Source: an uncultured bacterium (lineage in GTDB: Bacteria; Zixibacteria; MSB-5A5; CAIYYT01). Taken from it: DNA of 64,000 nucleotides. Below, piece after piece: positions 58,942 to 64,000 of this stretch. The stretch lies in assembly GCA_963726455.1 (NCBI GenBank), contig CAVSCK010000005.1, forward strand, positions 576,001 to 640,000, read 5' to 3'. The position numbers and the translations under genes are program-made. The notes below the pieces were generated by a model. The model was not told the origin of the DNA. It saw only the letters and a program-made list of their open reading frames with translations, and did not search any database. The stretch's first letter is position 1. Every line of letters starts with the position of its first letter.

Positions 58942-61900
58942 ATGAAACACAGATCACGCGCATTGATAACCTGTCTGCTTGTTGTTTTCGCCCTTTCTCA
59001 GGCGTGGGCAGACAATCCAACCGTTTCCCTGTTGCCGGATTCCACGATAGTGCCCAGAGACACGGTCTTTGTGCTCACGATGCCGGTAAGCAGCAATTCG
59101 GTACATCTCAAGGCCTATTCTGCCGCCATTGCTTTCGACCGCAATTACATAGCGACCGACAGTGCCAATGTTACTGAAGGGGCACTTTTGGCAGGCAGCG
59201 GTCGGCCAACATTCTTCTGGACAGAGTTTTCGCCCGACTCCAGTATACTCTATATTGATGGGGCGATACTCGGAGACAGCGCCTATGTTTCCGGCGCCGG
59301 CAATCTGGCTACGATCAAGTTCTTTACGCGCGCCTGGGGTCAAACTGATCTGGATTTTATTTCCTTCCGTGCGCGCGATGAACATAATGCACCGCTGCAA
59401 TATGATTCGATCGGCGGTTGGGTACAAGTCAATCAACCGCCTGTAGTCTCCGGAATTCCAAATCAGATGATTTCCGCCGGCGGCTCATCGGCGCCGATAT
59501 ATCTCGATAACTACGTGACGGATCCTGACAACTCCCTGAGTCTTTTGAGCTGGACCTATTCAGGTAATGTGGCGCTGTCTGTTTCAATCGACCAAAATCG
59601 GGTAGCGACTGTTTCGTCGCCAAATCCGGTCTGGAGTGGCAGCGAACTCATAGTCTTTAAGGCCACTGATCCCTGGGGCCAGTCAAGTTCGTGTCCGGCC
59701 GTTTTCACAGTTAATTTGGCTATGCCGTGTCCTTCAGATATGACGCACTATTGGAAACTCGATGAGACTGCGGGACAGCCGTATCTTGATTTCTACGACG
59801 CCGACAACGCTATCTGCAGCGAATGTCCAACGGCAACGACCGGAAGAGTAAATGGCGGACAATTGTTCGATTTGAATGACTCGGTAACGGTTGCCGATGA
59901 CGACAGTTTTGATTGGGGCGCCACGTCAAGTTTCTCGATCGAGCTTTGGATGAAGAAGGGCGGGGCGTGTAGCGGGTTCGCTGAAGTCATCGCCGGTCGG
60001 CTCGAATACGAAGGTCCGTACGTCATGAATTGGTGGCTGGGGGTTGATTGTACTCCTCCGCATGCCGGCGCCATTCGCTTCCGGATGCAAAACAATGTCC
60101 TCTCTGACGTGTGGAGCTCGGTCACTGTCAATGATGATGCCTGGCATCACGTGGTTGCCACGCGTGACGGTAGTGCATCCCTGACCCGCATATACGTTGA
60201 CGGACAGGAGCGAGGCACGGTCACGCAGACCTTCACACTGGGCTTTGCCGCCGAAGCGCCGATGACGGTTGGCTATCTCAATGTCACGGGAGGGTACCAC
60301 TATGGAGGAGCGCTGGACGAGTTTGCGTTATATAACAATGCATTGTCAGCAACTGAGATACAGAACCACTACGATCGTGGGTTGCTCGGTCTCGGATATT
60401 GCAACGAGCCGGTGGCTCCGCTGATTACCTCAACGCCGCCGACATCGGCAATTGGCGGGCGGCCGTACACTTACGAAGTGCAGGCAGTCGGAACCCCTCC
60501 GCCGATATTTACTCTTGCCACCTACCCGACCGACATGACAATTGACAACTATACCGGGGTCATCCATTGGACTCCTCGGGCGACAGGTGATTTCGCCGTC
60601 GCAGTCGTGGCAACCAACGTCGCCGGCGGCGATACGCAGAGTTATTCCATCAACGTCCCGGGGATTGCCCCCACGATTACCTCGATACCTGTGCCTGTGG
60701 CAACGGTAGGATATCTTTACATCTATGATGTCGAGGCCGCAGGATTGCCCGCTCCTGCCTATTCGCTGTTTGCCACGCCGCCGCATTCGCTGCCTCCAGG
60801 GATGCATATTGATCCGGTGTCGGGGATAATCAACTGGACGCCTGCCGACACGGGACATTATGAATTGAACGTTGACGCCGTTAACGCCTGGGGAGCCGAC
60901 ACTCAGATGTTCATGCTCACAGTTGTGGGCGTCGGTCCGGCATTCATTTCAACTCCGGTGACAGAGGGCGAGGTCGACAAACCATATAGTTACGATGCTG
61001 ACGCCTCCGGTTACCCGGCTCCGAGATACAGTCTTTACACGCCGCCATCGCCGCTGGGCATGGTGATCGATTCGTTGACGGGCATGGTTTCGTGGACTCC
61101 AACGGATAGCGGATCTTTCAATGTCAAGATCAGGGCCAGAAATCTTCTGGATTCTGCATTTCAAAACTATACGATAAATGTTCTGCCGAAACCTCCACTG
61201 CCCTGTCCTGACAGCATCACGCACTATTGGAAGTTGGAAGAGACTTCCGGGGGGCCATATCAGGATTTTGTCGCAAACAATGACGCCATTTGTGGTCCGT
61301 GCCCAACAGCGGTTCCAGGCAGAGTGGGCACGGGACAGCGCTTTAACGGTTCCAATCTGGTCACTGTCGCCGATGATGGCACCTTCGACTGGGGTGGTGG
61401 CTCCAGTTTCACGATTGAGTTCTGGATAAACAAGACGGACTCGGCCACTCACAGTGAGGTAGTCCTCGGAAGAGTCGAAGGAGCCATGAACTGGTGGATC
61501 GGGGTCAACTCTGATCCGGGTGATGCCAACAGGATACGGTTCCGGCTGGTCAGCGGCGGGGTTACAGATCTCTACAGCAATTCCAGAGTGACCGACGGGA
61601 ATTGGCATCACATCGCGGCAACTCGTGACGGTGCGACGAGAGTCACCAAACTATACGTCGACAACGTGCTGGAGGCGTCGATGATGCAGAGCCATGCCAG
61701 CGGTTTTGCCGCCTGGGCGCCGATGAGTATTGGCTGGCTGAACACAGGCGCGTTCTATTATTACAATGGAATTGTGGACGAGGTTGCTCTTTACAACCGT
61801 GCATTAGACCCTCGCGAGATCGGTGCACACTACGCCAACGGCATGCTAGGTCTCGGCTACTGCGAGTTTACTTGCGGCGACGCGAACGGTGATGGTTCCA

Positions 61901-62076
61901 TTGATATCTCTGATGTTGTGTTCTTGATCTCCTACATATTTGCGAACGGCCCTGCTCCCGCTCCATTGCTGGCGGGAGATGCCAACTGCGATCTGGCGAT
62001 AGACATATCCGATGCGGTGTACATAATACAGTACATCTTCTCGGGTGGTCCGGCGCCATGCGCGTTGTGCCCTTGA
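58942..62076 (+). CDS. Secreted multidomain protein: cohesin-like, Ig-like, LamG x2, putative Ig x3, dockerin-like
   Basis: Signal peptide; duplicated THYWKL(D/E)E...WHH..ATRDG...DE.ALYN LamG modules; three S.P...Y.Y...A.G.P.P..G.I.WTP repeats; C-terminal GDANGDGSIDISD...GDANCD..IDISD. Confidence 0.88.
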   Translation: MKHRSRALITCLLVVFALSQAWADNPTVSLLPDSTIVPRDTVFVLTMPVSSNSVHLKAYSAAIAFDRNYIATDSANVTEGALLAGSGRPTFFWTEFSPDSSILYIDGAILGDSAYVSGAGNLATIKFFTRAWGQTDLDFISFRARDEHNAPLQYDSIGGWVQVNQPPVVSGIPNQMISAGGSSAPIYLDNYVTDPDNSLSLLSWTYSGNVALSVSIDQNRVATVSSPNPVWSGSELIVFKATDPWGQSSSCPAVFTVNLAMPCPSDMTHYWKLDETAGQPYLDFYDADNAICSECPTATTGRVNGGQLFDLNDSVTVADDDSFDWGATSSFSIELWMKKGGACSGFAEVIAGRLEYEGPYVMNWWLGVDCTPPHAGAIRFRMQNNVLSDVWSSVTVNDDAWHHVVATRDGSASLTRIYVDGQERGTVTQTFTLGFAAEAPMTVGYLNVTGGYHYGGALDEFALYNNALSATEIQNHYDRGLLGLGYCNEPVAPLITSTPPTSAIGGRPYTYEVQAVGTPPPIFTLATYPTDMTIDNYTGVIHWTPRATGDFAVAVVATNVAGGDTQSYSINVPGIAPTITSIPVPVATVGYLYIYDVEAAGLPAPAYSLFATPPHSLPPGMHIDPVSGIINWTPADTGHYELNVDAVNAWGADTQMFMLTVVGVGPAFISTPVTEGEVDKPYSYDADASGYPAPRYSLYTPPSPLGMVIDSLTGMVSWTPTDSGSFNVKIRARNLLDSAFQNYTINVLPKPPLPCPDSITHYWKLEETSGGPYQDFVANNDAICGPCPTAVPGRVGTGQRFNGSNLVTVADDGTFDWGGGSSFTIEFWINKTDSATHSEVVLGRVEGAMNWWIGVNSDPGDANRIRFRLVSGGVTDLYSNSRVTDGNWHHIAATRDGATRVTKLYVDNVLEASMMQSHASGFAAWAPMSIGWLNTGAFYYYNGIVDEVALYNRALDPREIGAHYANGMLGLGYCEFTCGDANGDGSIDISDVVFLISYIFANGPAPAPLLAGDANCDLAIDISDAVYIIQYIFSGGPAPCALCP

Positions 62077-62277
62077 AATACGTCAAATCAGAGTAAGATA
62101 CTCTCATATCGGAAGTGTTAGGGAAACGGCGCAAGACGAGGATATCAAATGAGTCACCCAGGGGATTCATAAAGTCCCGGGGTGCTTCGACGCGATCGGC
62201 AACCGCAGGAGAGAATGCCAATTGTAAATGTGGGATAATGGCCAATCGGGAGACGATCTCAAATTAGCCGAATTGTG

Positions 62278-62306
62278 TTGACAAACTGGACTGCCAGCAC
62301 TATCAT
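62278..62306 (+). promoter_or_regulatory. Sigma70-type promoter
   Basis: TTGACA-N17-TATCAT. Confidence 0.65.
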
Positions 62307-62459
62307 AATTCAAGTTAAGTAATCTCACAGCTCAGTCCTTAGGGACGCAAGGGAGGCCCAGATGCATTGCAGCTTCGTTTCATTTATTGTCTCAAAAGTG
62401 CCGCAATCTGCGGTTGCTTATCGCCGCGGCAAAGATTCTTGTATCTTCCACTCGGAGAA

Positions 62460-64000
62460 TTGTGCCGGATCAACCAATCAACGGGCGTCGCGCCTCCAAA
62501 AGCGGAAGTTCAATTCCTTGATAGTCGTAGTGGCGACAATGCTATTTATGATGGCTGCAACCACTGCTCTTGCTGCAGGAGGCAAGAAGCCGGTGACCGC
62601 CTACCATGCCTGCCGAAGTAGCCAAAGAGGCAGTACCTGCCTTAAAAGAGACTGCTCCCGTGGAACCGGAAGAAGGTCTTGTCACGCAACAGACTGCCGA
62701 TGTCCCACAGATGTTTGGCAACTTCCCGAAAGGTCAAGTTCAGATTGGCAGCACCGAGTTCGACCACCAAAGCAACGTGACGCAGCCACGCCAGATCGTC
62801 GTCGGTTCTGATGGCAGAGTTTACAATGTGTTCATGTATCGCCCTTATGGCGGTGGCAATCGCTCAATGCAGTATAGTGGATATTTAATCGGTGGCACTC
62901 CCAGTGTCGCCACAACCATCTCGCCAATTCCCGGCAGTGGCGGTTACGGTTCCATCGCAGTCGGCCCGGGCGATAGTCTGGCGATAGCGACCTATCATTA
63001 CACCAAATCCGGCACAGGATTCGACGCGAGACCGCGCCTGCAGATCGGTAGACAGGCCGTCCTCGATATGCCTTCATTCAACATGTATGATTATCCGGTT
63101 GCCGATGCGGTCATGCCAAGGATCTTGAACTGCCAGGGTATCCTCACGAGTAGCACGGTCGGGGACACTTTGGAGGGTGGCTACATTTGGCCTACCATTG
63201 CCGCTGACAACAATGGCGCCAATACCATCGCCCACGTCCTGGCAAAGGAATCGCCGGTAATGGACCTCTCAGGCAAGGCATCGCTGGTTTATTACGGGAC
63301 GCTGCCCGATGCTGCAGCCCCGACTTCAACCTGCGGTTTCCTATTGGACTCGGTCGCCGCCGGTGTCAACTACGATATCGTCGCCAGTCCGGTGTCGAAC
63401 AAGGTGGCTGTGGTCTACCTATACCCCAAAGATTGGAGCGTGTCAACCAATGGTGACGACGACGACATTGTATACAGAGAGTCGAACGATCTGGGAGCAA
63501 GTTGGAGCGACAAGACAGCGATCACCAATTTCGATAGTCAAGACTCAATAGTTAGCAGTGGCAGGGTTTACTACGTGCGCGGCAGAGAAGTGTCGGCCCT
63601 GTATGACGACAACGATTGTCTTCACGTGCTGTACAGAACCTATTGGGCTGATCATGTCTACCACTACTTTCTCGTCTGGCCGGCACGGCTTTACCACTGG
63701 AGTTCGTGCGCTCCAACTGTCATCTCGCTGGTGACTGACGCCTCTACTTACCAATCTGGCCAGGGATGCCACCCGCCATCAGGTCAACAGAATGTCGCCA
63801 AGATCAGTTTGACGCAGTGCGATGCTTCCGGCACAAAGCGACTTTACGCCGTTTATACGCGCTATCCGGAATACGCCGACTGCTCTTCCGGAGCCTACAA
63901 GGCCAACGGAGAGGTCTATGTGCAGGGTTCAGACGGTTTGGCTGGCCAATATTGGGGTACTCCACGTAACATCTCCAACACCCTTTCGAACGGCTGTTCG
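62460..64000 (+). CDS. Large secreted beta-propeller/Asp-box protein, frameshifted 5' part, runs off the window end (start approximate)
   Basis: Signal-like LIVVVATMLFMMAATTALA; manual reading gives QIGSTEFDHQSN..PRQI, then an open frame from about 63060 to the end with YIWP and YRESNDLGASWS (Asp-box). Confidence 0.7.

Overview
A chromosomal window that looks origin-proximal, from a Gram-negative bacterium. The C-terminal dockerin-like tail and the style of the secreted proteins suggest candidate phylum Zixibacteria (inference only). Left, minus strand: the conserved rpmH-rnpA-yidD-yidC-mnmE-mnmG-rsmG-parA-parB-M23-bactofilin block with two perfect parS sites. No dnaA follows rpmH. Middle (9.7-34 kb): an accessory-rich stretch with an ECF sigma/anti-sigma pair, a large GH13, a small GIY-YIG nuclease embedded in its own palindromic repeats, a catalytically degenerate M1 peptidase homolog, a secreted tricorn protease, a 1.37-kb GTAG-type REP array, a hybrid kinase, and miaB with a structured leader. 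Right: pepP, accB, pilT, an O-antigen-ligase-like gene, accC, gcvH, gcvPA, four Zn-ribbon/DUF2007-like paralogs, a thioredoxin-TPR gene, gcvPB, a complete tol-pal operon, ssb, and a cohesin-LamG-dockerin surface protein. Strongest leads: (1) an unannotated exported selenoprotein at 43986-44825, with an in-frame UGA in a U-x-x-C thioredoxin motif and a SECIS-like hairpin, inside the glycine-cleavage operon; (2) the GIY-YIG nuclease plus palindromic repeat element at 17.87-18.66 kb; (3) several REP-like repeat families, including a large nested array; (4) a candidate switch RNA upstream of miaB. Several conserved genes carry frameshifts that are most likely assembly indels. All calls come from reading the sequence; no database searches or folding programs were run.
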